Position numbers and translations under genes: made by a program
Shown: one piece after another, positions 45,701-55,428 of the stretch
Position numbering within the stretch: the first letter of the stretch is position 1
Layout: every line of letters starts with the position of its first letter
Source of the DNA: a virus
Taxonomy: Duplodnaviria; Caudoviricetes
DNA: 59,677 nucleotides
Strand: one strand, 5' to 3'
IMG/VR virus record: IMGVR_UViG_3300025009_000014
Coordinates: 1-59,677 of that record
The notes under the pieces: model-generated
Databases searched by the model: none
The model's input: only the letters and a program-made list of their open reading frames with translations
What the model was told of the DNA's origin: nothing

Positions 45701-48105
45701 GTAAATACAAAATCATTGGTTACATCAGCGAAATTGTCAAAGAAATTAACCACGTTGTTCAATTTCTTTTTTACATTATCATCAAAAACAAAACCTTCCG
45801 ACATTTGTTTATAAGCAATCAATGACAATATTGAATATACCTCCAACGGACTGTTCGTAATCGGTGTAGCGGTAAGCAGCATGACGTTTCGTTGCTTATT
45901 ATTTTTAAGGATATAATGTGATAATCCGAATCCCTTTATTGCAGTTGCACTCGGAGATCCTGAACTGATTGCATATTTGGATTCTTTTTCTTCATCATTT
46001 GAAACAACTCTCGTGAATATTTTTTTCAGCGCATGAGCTTCATCAAAACCGATAAAATCAAAACCTAATTCTTCAATATCGACAACAGTGTTTTTATTTG
46101 CATAACCTAACATGAAAAGCACTTTTTGTCTTAATGTGTTCGCATCTTTAGCATCCGCAATTGTACCCTGCTGTAATATTTCGAATAGTTCTTCATATAA
46201 TTTGAATGCCGATGTTTCATAAATATTCTTATCGGTATTATGTCCTTCAAAATGGCCGTACAAATCATTTGCACCTCTAAATCCGATGCGTTCCATACCT
46301 TCATAAGTAAGGAATGTGATTGAATTTTCAGGTAATTCTTTTATTTTATTATTTACATCATACAATTCATTCAAATAGCTTTCGGATAAATTGTATAAAT
46401 CATTTATTTTGATATGAGGCAGAATGCCTTTTGTTTCCGATAACCATTGCTTATAAGTCTGGTTAGGTACAACCATTACGGGACGTTTGGCATGTCCTAT
46501 CTCAATCTTTTGCGCCATTGCCATAATACCCGACCATGTTTTACCGAATCCCACACCGTCAGGTATCAATCCTGATCCTTGTGCTACCATGAATGCGACA
46601 TTGCTCCTTTTTTCCGGACGGATTTCAAGTTGTTTGTTTCCGGGATAAAATTTACCTGCCGTGAAAGCAACGGGTATCTTCTCATAATCAGGACTGATGT
46701 AAGAGTTTAATTTTTTATTGAATATGGTTTCAATTTTAATTTTGTCGGATGATTTGATATGATTAGCAAGAAAATAAGAAAACAACCGATCTCCCTCTGC
46801 TCTGCTTCTGGATTTTATTTTATTGAATTCCTCCTTATCTACATCCTTAGTCCTTTTCTTGTTATTGATGTAATAATAATAGATTTCTTCCCACGATGTA
46901 CCTCTTTTGAAATTGATGGTGTTCTTATTCATTTTCATCCAATACACAAAAGCATCCGTCAAGTTCATGCTTTCGTATTTTTTCATGTGCCAACTCTCAT
47001 AACCGGTATCTTTGCTAAAATCAATACGCCCTACCACTTTTTTCTTAACATTGGCCTGATTATCTCTAAATGCCGTACCACTAAACGGTTTTTCGTCGTC
47101 GAGTGTTTCAATTTTTATAATCCTTGCAAGTTCGTGTGTCGGTGAAAATTTCAATCGTTTATCTTCATCTGCATCAAGCAGTAGCCTTTTATCGTAAACC
47201 TGTTTAAAAATACTTAGTATTTCCTCTGATTGATTTAGATATACCTTTTCACCGTATTTTTCAATGATTGTTTTTTTATCTTCTTCAAGGTATTGCTTAC
47301 GTAAATAGACATTGTCGGACAAATAGATTACTTTTGGTAAAAGCTCCCCGTGCATGTAGTATAAAACTCCTTTATCGATCCAATCTTTAATATAAACAGT
47401 GCGTTCGGATTCAGATAAAGACGAAGGATCAAACATTTTTTGAAACAACCCTTCCCACATATCACCGTTGACATACTGATACCAAAGGAATGATTCCAAT
47501 TCGTCTTTTGATATTTTTGGGTTGTATTTCTCGAATATTTGACGGGCCGTAAATAATTCGGCATCGTGTTTGCCGGACGTTTCGATGCTGACCTTCTTGA
47601 CGTTCCTTTGTTTAATTGCTGTTACAATCTCTTCTTTGGATTTTTCAAGCAACAATTCATCGGTTTCTTTTGCCTCCGGTTCAGACTGATCGATAATTGC
47701 AGGGGCGGGTGCTTCTGCCGGGATGATATCCGATTCTGGTAAATCCAACCGTTCAAGTAAATCAAAACTGCCATCGTATTTTGTAATTTCCTTCCCGTGC
47801 ATGTCGGTATATGGTTTGCCTTTTGAGTTTAATTTTTTTGGCGTACCGAGTACATTTTCCGGATGCAGTTCATAATAATTGCCGTTTACCCATATGTCAT
47901 TTTCAATTTTTCTGTCTTCTTTTTTCATTCCGCTTTCATTTACATTGTCTGCATCGTTCCAATTATCACCTATGAATAAATAAGTACCTGGATTCCCTTC
48001 ATCTATTGAAATTACTTTACCCGGATGCTCTTTTCCGGTCGTATTTGAAGTCCAAACAACCCTATCGCCAGGTTTGAATTTTGGGGTATATACTGTTTTT
48101 TCCAT
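42751..48105 (-). CDS. Polyvalent SNF2/DarB-like helicase fused to zeta-toxin-like P-loop kinase
   Basis: GVGFGKT, FDEAH, LLTATPITNS, EGMNLQ, GRIHRQGN; C-terminal TGGLPGSGKT...IDADSIR...YDGT. Confidence 0.85.
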   Translation of the reverse strand: MEKTVYTPKFKPGDRVVWTSNTTGKEHPGKVISIDEGNPGTYLFIGDNWNDADNVNESGMKKEDRKIENDIWVNGNYYELHPENVLGTPKKLNSKGKPYTDMHGKEITKYDGSFDLLERLDLPESDIIPAEAPAPAIIDQSEPEAKETDELLLEKSKEEIVTAIKQRNVKKVSIETSGKHDAELFTARQIFEKYNPKISKDELESFLWYQYVNGDMWEGLFQKMFDPSSLSESERTVYIKDWIDKGVLYYMHGELLPKVIYLSDNVYLRKQYLEEDKKTIIEKYGEKVYLNQSEEILSIFKQVYDKRLLLDADEDKRLKFSPTHELARIIKIETLDDEKPFSGTAFRDNQANVKKKVVGRIDFSKDTGYESWHMKKYESMNLTDAFVYWMKMNKNTINFKRGTSWEEIYYYYINNKKRTKDVDKEEFNKIKSRSRAEGDRLFSYFLANHIKSSDKIKIETIFNKKLNSYISPDYEKIPVAFTAGKFYPGNKQLEIRPEKRSNVAFMVAQGSGLIPDGVGFGKTWSGIMAMAQKIEIGHAKRPVMVVPNQTYKQWLSETKGILPHIKINDLYNLSESYLNELYDVNNKIKELPENSITFLTYEGMERIGFRGANDLYGHFEGHNTDKNIYETSAFKLYEELFEILQQGTIADAKDANTLRQKVLFMLGYANKNTVVDIEELGFDFIGFDEAHALKKIFTRVVSNDEEKESKYAISSGSPSATAIKGFGLSHYILKNNKQRNVMLLTATPITNSPLEVYSILSLIAYKQMSEGFVFDDNVKKKLNNVVNFFDNFADVTNDFVFTATMKFERRDIFIGWKNLSSLQRLLYRYSNYKKPESVPIVRPDKIEIPMPEGAENRINSILPLTPLQEFIMKNVVMYAEGTISYDQLKAIDFMPEEKKEKFQAMIDVNGTLLPEEEDEEEIAQNIAGETVNENSLSKEEKRGVTLLRSVNMNRSIALSPYLLRLEDENEVLGYALGRPTYKEYIETSTKLKFTMDMVKMFKEYYESKNEPVSGQLIYMDRGKEFFPLVKEYLIKEIGFKEHEIGMIYSGMKSPKGVSSKDAKQYVQNKFLGIDYDKDTGVVVNIPDEERMKILIGSSSMREGMNLQKHSIVLYDLFPAWNPTDRIQLLGRIHRQGNKHRYCFAVTPLMINSIDIFMMQKLQEKTQRINAIWDLDGETNVLDVKDFDPEQIKYELIENPEVIAKIEIEDLQVRMKDDLSSMKAQVETCKKIQSDFDTIDAYKKDLKDIVDNLRPPQVFKDGTVQERKIETLLIKMDEIAKDQKDAEGKLFESYGEFDWQRWSQNQERYKFLTRSYRNNRLYFELPHWYEKFKSALYYINRKSKEKEIYSDPKLLMKEIDRLTFDIQKVEIEINRLNSPEFLKERTEIVIEVKEKNQINAQSSDQIIADFKNQFSEKFSEIRIDEETKAPSLEELIAKMPVMTSDGLYATDKQTLEELELISEKMQQTEELYTDAYGNFTPERKELHERIKADIRRNVLCINPQEKPIAVITGGLPGSGKTFFLKKYAPYMNDESILKIDADSIRAKLPEYRGWNASATHKESSRLVSEILEEVGTPCVTDILYDGTMNKSKNYKPLINQLKRLGYRTFIIFLDIPINVAKERVLKRYAETGRYVPNYVIENSAKTDKQVYHELKSMVDGYMTIDGITGKITEQEGAQLPHERFWFKEDRYKKDQSLITYARELKDAMFEEQWIDVKEKGGKLTNTKYRVNQTVEFYDGWGKEKIGHITATQFNDITNEQFYWINSKYLIPEANIKNVIEIKKKE

Positions 48106-48157
48106 ATTTATCTTTTTTTTTACTCTATCGTTTGATTTTTAAGAACCGTGTCAGGTT

Positions 48158-50038
48158 CTATAAGTTCTTTAATTTTTCCGCTAATTTTATCAAATCCTGA
48201 TCTTTCATTGATATCCCTTCATCCTGTTTTTTTACGGGTTCAGGTGCAGATTGAGAAAATAAATCCATCACCGGTGCTTTGGTTGCTTCTTTAATTTGAT
48301 TTGACAAGATGTTTTTCTTTTCGACTTTTGCCTCCAATGTTTTAAGGATGTTTTGATTTTCGGATATTTTCTTTTCGGCTAATTCGGAATTTCTGGATTT
48401 TTGAGCATCTATTTTAATTTCAATGTTATGGACCAATTGAGAAAATAACCATTCGATCGAACCGTCCAATTCCTCGATGCTTTTGTCGATATCGCCTATG
48501 GTTCTTGAAACCTTTATGTTTTCAAGGTTCAAAGGTTTTGTCTTATCAAAATCCAAGGTTGCAAATTTCTTTTCGATCAGGTGAAAGAACTTTTGTTTGT
48601 TTATCCCGTATTGCGGCTTTCCTTTTTTGGGTTTCCAAAAGAATTCGAATATTTCGGTTTCATGTTGATCGGTGAATTTTTCGGGATATGATTTACGTAT
48701 AATCCCAACCCAACGTGCATTCCGTTCAATAAAAGGAAATGATGTTTCCTCGCTTTTGCCGAGATATTGAAAGAACATCCCGTTCGTATTAAGGAATGAA
48801 AGATCTCGCAATTTTGCAATACGGCTTTCTGGCGCAAAGAATCCCATTAATCGTTCTTTGTTCCATCCGTTCTTAACCGCAAGTTTGTAGGCCAACACAT
48901 CCGACAACAGACTTTCGGGATCCGCACCGCGGTTTGATTCGATCACGGCATACTCTATCGCATCCTCTTTACTGCCGTTAAATAATTTTACGGGCATATT
49001 TGAAAGGCTCGTGTCACCTTTCTTATACAAAATTTCGGATGCCTCCCAACGGCTGTGTCCGGATATAACGATGTATTTCTCGTCTTTTTTTGAAAACCAC
49101 ACAACAATCGGATCGGCACTTTTATCAAATCCCTCGTTTACTATTTTGTCAACCGTTTTTTGTGAAAATTTTACCTGACGGCCCTGAAATAATTCCGGCT
49201 TTACAATTATTGTATTCCTATCCATTAATTGCACATCGGAAAAACGTTTTCTTTTTGCAATTTGTTCGTCGCTCAAATTTCCACCGTCCTGCAATATCAA
49301 TTTTTCTGCATACAATGTTGCATCGCTGTCCATCAACAATTGCAAGGGTATTGCTTTTTGTGATTGCGTTGCAACATTTGTTGCAATAATTTCAGCGGGT
49401 GCAATTTTGTCAATTTTATACAGACAATAATTTGCAATACTGTTGCACCATTTGAATATGTAATCTCCGACTTGCATATCCTGCGTTCGGAATAATTTAT
49501 GCGGGTGCAATTTTGCAAGAATCGATGCAAACTTTGTTCGTGCAATAAAATATTTATCTTTTTTATCGGCACAATCACCACATTCTTCAATATTGCCACC
49601 TGTTTTCATAAAATCATGCTTTTTTAAATATCGGTAAAGTTTCCATCCGGATATTTCGCGTTCCCCTTCCGGAAATTTTACTTTATATTTTCCGTCGGGC
49701 ATCTTATCGTATTTCAGCGTGATGCTGTTGTCTTCGTTATGCACGGTCCCGCCTGCCCCGAACCAATCCTCCACTTCGCCTCCGTTCTTGAATATAGGAA
49801 CGCCCCCACCTGCCTGATTCAGATCGGATAGTATCTCTTTGGGGGTTTTCATGTTTCCTTCAAATTCAAATTTATCGGGCATTTGAACCGTTTTTTTATT
49901 GATAATCACTTCCTCTGCCTCCAATTCGACGGGACGGTTGTTATCCGTTACGACAACTGCCTGTATGCCTCCGTCGTCATGGCTTTTACCTTTTAGTAAA
50001 CCGCCTTTTTTTCCGTTATATGTTTCTTCTTTACTCAT
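48158..50038 (-). CDS. Multidomain protein with ParB/Srx-like domain
   Basis: DPIVVW...VISGHSRWEA; N-terminal KGKSHDDGGI...ELEAEEVII. Confidence 0.7.
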   Translation of the reverse strand: MSKEETYNGKKGGLLKGKSHDDGGIQAVVVTDNNRPVELEAEEVIINKKTVQMPDKFEFEGNMKTPKEILSDLNQAGGGVPIFKNGGEVEDWFGAGGTVHNEDNSITLKYDKMPDGKYKVKFPEGEREISGWKLYRYLKKHDFMKTGGNIEECGDCADKKDKYFIARTKFASILAKLHPHKLFRTQDMQVGDYIFKWCNSIANYCLYKIDKIAPAEIIATNVATQSQKAIPLQLLMDSDATLYAEKLILQDGGNLSDEQIAKRKRFSDVQLMDRNTIIVKPELFQGRQVKFSQKTVDKIVNEGFDKSADPIVVWFSKKDEKYIVISGHSRWEASEILYKKGDTSLSNMPVKLFNGSKEDAIEYAVIESNRGADPESLLSDVLAYKLAVKNGWNKERLMGFFAPESRIAKLRDLSFLNTNGMFFQYLGKSEETSFPFIERNARWVGIIRKSYPEKFTDQHETEIFEFFWKPKKGKPQYGINKQKFFHLIEKKFATLDFDKTKPLNLENIKVSRTIGDIDKSIEELDGSIEWLFSQLVHNIEIKIDAQKSRNSELAEKKISENQNILKTLEAKVEKKNILSNQIKEATKAPVMDLFSQSAPEPVKKQDEGISMKDQDLIKLAEKLKNL

Positions 50039-50255
50039 CGTTTAATACTTCGTATTCTGGTTCGATAACTGTATTCCCCTCTGTAATTATTTCAGCTTTT
50101 TCGCCTATGGAGTTCCATAATTTCATGTCGGCATAAATCAATGCAACGAATGTAAATATTGCACCTATGACGGCACCCCTTATTTTTTGACTGTCGATGT
50201 GATAGCCTATGAATGCACCTGCAGCTATCACCGGTATTGTAAGATTAGTCCCCAT
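50031..50255 (-). CDS. Small two-TM protein
   Basis: Hydrophobic segments. Confidence 0.55.
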   Translation of the reverse strand: MGTNLTIPVIAAGAFIGYHIDSQKIRGAVIGAIFTFVALIYADMKLWNSIGEKAEIITEGNTVIEPEYEVLNDE

Positions 50256-50436
50256 ATCTTTTTTCCATTTCGTAAATTGCGGCCTGTATGCTTTTTTCGG
50301 GCAATCTCAAAGCTATCTGATAAACTTCGTCGATTACCTTTTCTTTTTCTGCCGAATACATGGAGAATACCGTGGGGCATTGCTCCGCTTCAGCTTCTAT
50401 TAAAGTAATGATATTCTCTTTTAATTCCGTGTTCAT
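50245..50436 (-). CDS. Hypothetical protein
   Basis: ORF coupled to its neighbour. Confidence 0.5.
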   Translation of the reverse strand: MNTELKENIITLIEAEAEQCPTVFSMYSAEKEKVIDEVYQIALRLPEKSIQAAIYEMEKRYGD

Positions 50437-50724
50437 TATTTCAGTTTTATGAATTTGCGTTTTTTACCTGTTTGATACCAAATGATAATATGGTTATCCG
50501 TCGTGTCTATCCATATATCTATTGCCACTGCCGCGCACACTATTAAAAGGATGATCAATAAAATTATCATGTCAGTTCCTTTAGTTTTCTGTTGATCTCT
50601 TTTTTCGCACCCTTTCGTTCACTTTTTTTCTTGCTGCGATCCCTGTTTTTAATCGGTCTTCCAAAATCACGGTCATCCGATTTTTTGTTTTTTTGGCTGT
50701 AAGGTTTCATAAATATCCTATTCT

Positions 50725-52656
50725 CTATTTTTTCCTAAAAACAAGTATTTCAGTCATAACCTCAGTACGGGCGAATGCACCCTGCCACAGTTTTATGGCA
50801 TCCACTAAATCGGCTTTTTCTTTTATCAATTCCTTTGTTTTGTACATGCTTTTTTCGGTAAACAGTTTGCCTCCGCTTGCAGGTTCGGCACCGACAACGA
50901 ATATTAACAGGCCACCGCTTTTTGTTACATCCAGACCTCTAAAAATGAAATAATCAATATAATTTTCGGCATGTGAATACTCTTGTTCACCGTAACCGGC
51001 CAATACGTTTCCGTAACTACCGTATGGCGGGTTGCCTATTACCAGATCATATTTTTTTAATCCTCCAACGTTGCCTCTTAACGAAGTCCTTCCTTTTGCA
51101 CCGCCAAGGAATAATGTTTCAAAAGCAGCGTTTATATGGTTGGCAAGCGGGTAGAGTATTTTTGCAATCAAATGTTGGACGGGATTTACCTCGTAAGTTG
51201 TTATCGGTGTACCCGCTTTAAAGAATTTTAAGAACACTCCGATACCGCTCGACGGTTCCAATACACTGCCACCAGAAGGATAACCGTGTTTTTTGGCTAA
51301 TTTTACCATTATTTCGGCAATCGATTCGGGTGTAAAAAATTCATAGCGGAATTTATCCTTATAACTTTCCCCTGCTTTTTCTGCTTCTCTGCGTAAACCA
51401 CCGTAACCCGTAAAATGTGAGATGAAGTCCTTTTCTTCTTTGGTAAGATTGTCTTTTTTCAGTTGAAGCAATTCTTCCACCGCTTTATTGTATAGGTATT
51501 GATTGATATATTTACGAGTAATGATATCATTTGTATTGACATCAATAAATTTTATATTATCAATTTTTATTTTTTCAGGCTTTATTTTAATAGCCAAATC
51601 ATCAAACTCTTCGCTTGATATCTCTTTATTAGCTAAACGATCATATAAATCTCTATATTCTTTGGTTTTTGTAATTTCAATCGGTATATTTTCTTTATAA
51701 TGTGAATCTAAAAATTCTTGGTTTGGTAAAACAGCATCGGTATCATTTTCTATAAAATCAATTTTTTTATTAACCCTGCTTTCCTTTATCTCGGCAATGC
51801 TCTTCGGTGTCCAATACAAATCCAAATCGCAAAACAATATCCCTTTGGTAATGTCCTTTATTTCTTCGATGGATATATAGCCCATTTCGGACATTTGCCA
51901 ATCACCGTTCAACACACTCAATCCGTATGCCTGTAATTGCTCTTTTCCCATGTCTTTTTCGGTAATGTAGAAGTCCGAACCACCAATAAAATAGTGCAGG
52001 TATGCAATTGCTTTGTCGCCTTGCCCGTCGGTTTGGTATGTATGCGGCATTTTACGGATCCGTTCGGAAAGTTCAAAAATCATTTCTCTAAAAAATTCAT
52101 GTTCTTCCGAATCGTCCTTTAATAATGGTATCAGTGCCGCTTTTTGTTTTTTAGGGATGAACCTATTGATATCCTCAAGATTCTTTAAAGCAAACTTATA
52201 ATCGTTGACAGAGCCTCCCTCTTTGTAAATACCCATTTGTCGCAGCATGGTGTAATATTCCGGGTGAAGTTTTAAATGATCCTGTGCTATTTTCAATGCA
52301 TTGTCAGGATTATCTGTATGTTCCCTCTCGTCGAACGTCCCGATCAGCTCTTGATAGTTGAATGTTTTTCGGTTGTCTGTTTTGACCGTTTTTTTGACTG
52401 TTTTTTTGACCGGTCTTTTTTTATTGGAAATGCATTGTTTTCTGGCTGCTGCAATCAATTCTGATTCCGTCAGGTTTAATTCAGAAAACATCTTTTTAAT
52501 CCTGTCCGAATTTGACAGTTTATAATACTCTTTTTTAATAGGGCTGTATTTATAGAATCTCAATTTGTTTTGCCATGTCGCCATGTATTTGTCTTTTCCG
52601 AGCTTCTGATCAATGATGAGATTGATCTCTTTAGCGATTTGTTGTTTAGAATCCAT
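50725..52656 (-). CDS. Polyvalent N6-adenine methyltransferase (DarB N-terminal-like) with extra domains
   Basis: FTGYGGL, FFTP, VLEPSSGIG, IGNPPYG; EHTD...IAQDHL and YITE...EMGYISIEEI domains. Confidence 0.85.
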   Translation of the reverse strand: MDSKQQIAKEINLIIDQKLGKDKYMATWQNKLRFYKYSPIKKEYYKLSNSDRIKKMFSELNLTESELIAAARKQCISNKKRPVKKTVKKTVKTDNRKTFNYQELIGTFDEREHTDNPDNALKIAQDHLKLHPEYYTMLRQMGIYKEGGSVNDYKFALKNLEDINRFIPKKQKAALIPLLKDDSEEHEFFREMIFELSERIRKMPHTYQTDGQGDKAIAYLHYFIGGSDFYITEKDMGKEQLQAYGLSVLNGDWQMSEMGYISIEEIKDITKGILFCDLDLYWTPKSIAEIKESRVNKKIDFIENDTDAVLPNQEFLDSHYKENIPIEITKTKEYRDLYDRLANKEISSEEFDDLAIKIKPEKIKIDNIKFIDVNTNDIITRKYINQYLYNKAVEELLQLKKDNLTKEEKDFISHFTGYGGLRREAEKAGESYKDKFRYEFFTPESIAEIMVKLAKKHGYPSGGSVLEPSSGIGVFLKFFKAGTPITTYEVNPVQHLIAKILYPLANHINAAFETLFLGGAKGRTSLRGNVGGLKKYDLVIGNPPYGSYGNVLAGYGEQEYSHAENYIDYFIFRGLDVTKSGGLLIFVVGAEPASGGKLFTEKSMYKTKELIKEKADLVDAIKLWQGAFARTEVMTEILVFRKK

Positions 52657-52657
52657 G

Positions 52658-52688
52658 AAAAAAGGCTTTAATTCTGATTTTAAAGCCT
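52658..52688 (-). terminator. Hairpin with T-tract on the minus strand
   Basis: AGGCTTTA/TAAAGCCT plus an A-run. Confidence 0.45.
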
Positions 52689-52770
52689 AAAAATAATCAT
52701 GTATTACAAACATGTGTGTATTTACTCCATACAATGCCGTATAACTCCGTTAAATTCCGTTAATTTGTGC

Positions 52771-53106
52771 TTATTTCGAATAAATATCGGCATTTTCTAT
52801 ATCTTCTTCCGAAACGAATTTCTTCTGTATTATAAACTGTCTGTTTTCTTTGTTAAGGTCTGGATATCCTATGAACTCGAATATAATTTCACATTGAACC
52901 TTGGTCAGTTGTCTGCTTTTTTCGGTATAACCCGTTTCTTTGAGTTGATCAGTCAAAAAAACGTTTTTTTGACCGATCATTTTCTTTGCGTTTTTATAGA
53001 GTTTCTGCCATGTATCCACATTTATATTAAGCATCTTCAACACATCCGATTTATAATAAGCGGCAGGCGGAACATAACCTTTTGTTAAACATTCATAAAA
53101 ATTCAT
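52771..53106 (-). CDS. DUF4248-like HTH protein
   Basis: LKETGY...RQLTKVQCEIIFEFIGYP. Confidence 0.6.
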   Translation of the reverse strand: MNFYECLTKGYVPPAAYYKSDVLKMLNINVDTWQKLYKNAKKMIGQKNVFLTDQLKETGYTEKSRQLTKVQCEIIFEFIGYPDLNKENRQFIIQKKFVSEEDIENADIYSK

Positions 53107-53149
53107 AAAGAAATGTTTGTATTTTAAAAATATGTTTGTATTTTTGCCA

Positions 53150-53218
53150 TACCATATCTTATGTGTAGCGCAACTACTCTCCGTATGCAGCCCTTCAAAA
53201 TTGAAGGGTTTCTTTTTT
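53150..53218 (+). ncRNA. Putative ~65-nt small RNA
   Basis: TTTG 53116-53119, 19-nt spacer, TATTTTTG 53139-53146; terminator CCCTTCA/TGAAGGG plus T-tract. Confidence 0.5.
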
Positions 53219-53762
53219 ATAACCCGTAGAACATGATATCTTTTATATTTTGTATAACCACAAGATCGGAAGTATCATAATTTCCGCTCAATGAAAAGGT
53301 ATTGAATCCCCCTTTATGTTCGTCATGAAATAGAATCTGTCCTTTCTTCAATACGATGTCTTTTCCTGTTATTGTCTTTGCCTCGGTTTCTTTCAGAACC
53401 TCGTATGTTTTATTGTCTATGCTGAACTCTTTCAGGTGTGGAAATTTCTCGAATATCTTATCCTTTATATCTGTCGTTTCTTTGTTTAACGCATCCCCTA
53501 TATATTCTTCCGCATAACATAGATATTCAAGGATTTTACGGCATTCCCTGTGGTCAAACTGTAACAACGGATTAATCTTTACATGTGTTTTTACCGCAAA
53601 CATTAATTTTTCTTTTTTGTCGGACCTGTATTGTTTTGACTTTTTGTTTTGACAGGTTTTACAATAGGATGAATAGTAAATCTTGTTTTCGTCATTCCGA
53701 ACAGGATAAAAATCGGAGACGGGAAGTTCTGAATTGCATATCCTACATGTCTTTTTCATCAT
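53217..53762 (-). CDS. Zinc-finger protein
   Basis: CRIC...DFY...SYCKTC. Confidence 0.6.
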   Translation of the reverse strand: MMKKTCRICNSELPVSDFYPVRNDENKIYYSSYCKTCQNKKSKQYRSDKKEKLMFAVKTHVKINPLLQFDHRECRKILEYLCYAEEYIGDALNKETTDIKDKIFEKFPHLKEFSIDNKTYEVLKETEAKTITGKDIVLKKGQILFHDEHKGGFNTFSLSGNYDTSDLVVIQNIKDIMFYGL

Positions 53763-53946
53763 TTTTTTTCAATTTTTTATAAAGTATCTGAACAAAAGGG
53801 CCGACCATCAATCCTGCAGCAATCGAAAATATGACTGCCATATATTCGTTGAACCCGTATCTGAATAAAAACATCAGTATCAATATGTAAAACCACAGGT
53901 ATAATATGATGAACATTAAAATGATCGGGTATTTGATAAATTTCAT
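53743..53946 (-). CDS. Two-TM membrane protein
   Basis: Hydrophobic. Confidence 0.55.
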   Translation of the reverse strand: MKFIKYPIILMFIILYLWFYILILMFLFRYGFNEYMAVIFSIAAGLMVGPFVQILYKKLKKNDEKDM

Positions 53947-54296
53947 ACAAGGTATTCTTTATAGTTAAAATCGGCAGGTAATATTCCCTGTGATTTCCAA
54001 TTTTCCAATTCACCGATCCAACATACATAGCCTGTTGTTTCGCGATGTTCTTTATTTTTATCGTTTGGCCATAAATTTGAATATGCCTTCCAAATGATAT
54101 CGCTGCCTTTTTCGTTGATGAATATTTCGCCGGTGATATTATAGTCTTCGTCGTGTTCGATTACTTTATATACCTGTTTGCATTTTGCGTTTTGTACCAA
54201 TGGACATGATTCACATGATGCATGCCAATGTACCTTTGAGGCACCACAATTGATGCACTCGTCGTCTTGTCCTATCGAATCGCAGATCACATACAT
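53943..54296 (-). CDS. Cys-rich hypothetical protein
   Basis: Multiple CxxC. Confidence 0.55.
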   Translation of the reverse strand: MYVICDSIGQDDECINCGASKVHWHASCESCPLVQNAKCKQVYKVIEHDEDYNITGEIFINEKGSDIIWKAYSNLWPNDKNKEHRETTGYVCWIGELENWKSQGILPADFNYKEYLV

Positions 54297-54297
54297 A

Positions 54298-54708
54298 TCA
54301 TTTCATTAAAGCAAGCGTGTAACTGTCTTTTTGGAGTTTTGACAATATCTGTTCGAATAATTGTTGGAGTACGGGAAACTCACGGTATAAAAACGGATCC
54401 CTTTCATAAATCATCCTGTCGTTATGAAAATTGAAGGTCTTGAATTCCTCATACATCCTGAACGTATACCCTTTTTTCATCCGGATGAGCGTTTTGTCCC
54501 CGTCTTCCTTCAATGTCATAAGAAACAACTGTGTATCGCTTATCTTGATGGTTTCAACGAAATTCAGGATGGACAATGCCGCAAACTTTTTGGCGTTGTC
54601 GTTTGATGTTTCATAAACGGTGGTCACTTCTTTAATAAGAAAATCCAGATTCATGGTTTGGATGATCTCTTTATTTACTTGTTCCATAAGCATTGATTTT
54701 GTTTCCAT
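54298..54708 (-). CDS. Hypothetical protein
   Basis: Likely start METKSM. Confidence 0.55.
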   Translation of the reverse strand: METKSMLMEQVNKEIIQTMNLDFLIKEVTTVYETSNDNAKKFAALSILNFVETIKISDTQLFLMTLKEDGDKTLIRMKKGYTFRMYEEFKTFNFHNDRMIYERDPFLYREFPVLQQLFEQILSKLQKDSYTLALMK

Positions 54709-54940
54709 GTTGTTTGTTTGTAGTGAATATAACGGTATCACCCACCTTGAATTTATTTATGCTGTCGGTGAACGAAAAATAAACCGTTTCTTTTTCAAAT
54801 TTTGTAAAGCAGAAATACTTTGTTTTTCCTTTTGTATGATGTATGGAATACACCTGTGGAAGACTTTCGGTATCGGCTATATACGAATGGCAGGATGTAA
54901 AAAAAACGATGGCCAGGCTAAACACTTTGAGTTTGTTCAT
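54671..54940 (-). CDS. Small lipoprotein candidate
   Basis: Lipobox FFTSC. Confidence 0.5.
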   Translation of the reverse strand: MNKLKVFSLAIVFFTSCHSYIADTESLPQVYSIHHTKGKTKYFCFTKFEKETVYFSFTDSINKFKVGDTVIFTTNKQHGNKINAYGTSK

Positions 54941-55421
54941 GAAATTTACCTTTTCCGGTGAGTTGATTTTTTTCGTTGAGTTTGAACTGACCTATAATAT
55001 TGTCGAACCTGTCATAAATACGGGCAAATTGCACCCGGTTTCTTATTTCTTTTGCCTTTATGCAAGTGTTGACCAGATACCAATAGGTTTGCTCTTCGTT
55101 TTTATAAATTTGCCTTACGATATTTGTGGTCCCGTCTTTAAGCAGTACCCAACATTTAAGCACTTCCGAAGGAATGTTGAAACTTCGTACCTCGTTGCCG
55201 TCGATAAAATAATTAAGCGGCTGCTTGGTATAATTGTCATAAATGATCGCGTATTTATGCTCATCCTTCTTTCTTCTGATGATATGAGAAAAAAGCATCT
55301 GCTTTCCTTTTTGTTTTTTGTCGTATGCAGGTAGGGAATAAAACGGATGGTTAAATGTCATATGAAAATTTTCATCGAACAATACCGCATAAAACATAGC
55401 ATTTTGAGCCAGATAAGACAT
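54918..55421 (-). CDS. Hypothetical protein
   Basis: ORF. Confidence 0.6.
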   Translation of the reverse strand: MSYLAQNAMFYAVLFDENFHMTFNHPFYSLPAYDKKQKGKQMLFSHIIRRKKDEHKYAIIYDNYTKQPLNYFIDGNEVRSFNIPSEVLKCWVLLKDGTTNIVRQIYKNEEQTYWYLVNTCIKAKEIRNRVQFARIYDRFDNIIGQFKLNEKNQLTGKGKFHEQTQSV

Positions 55422-55428
55422 AGGTGTA

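Noticed and set aside
48158-50038. Tape measure protein (SHxxGG motif)
   Set aside because: The motif is short; the protein has a ParB-like domain, lacks long helical repeats and has no tail genes nearby
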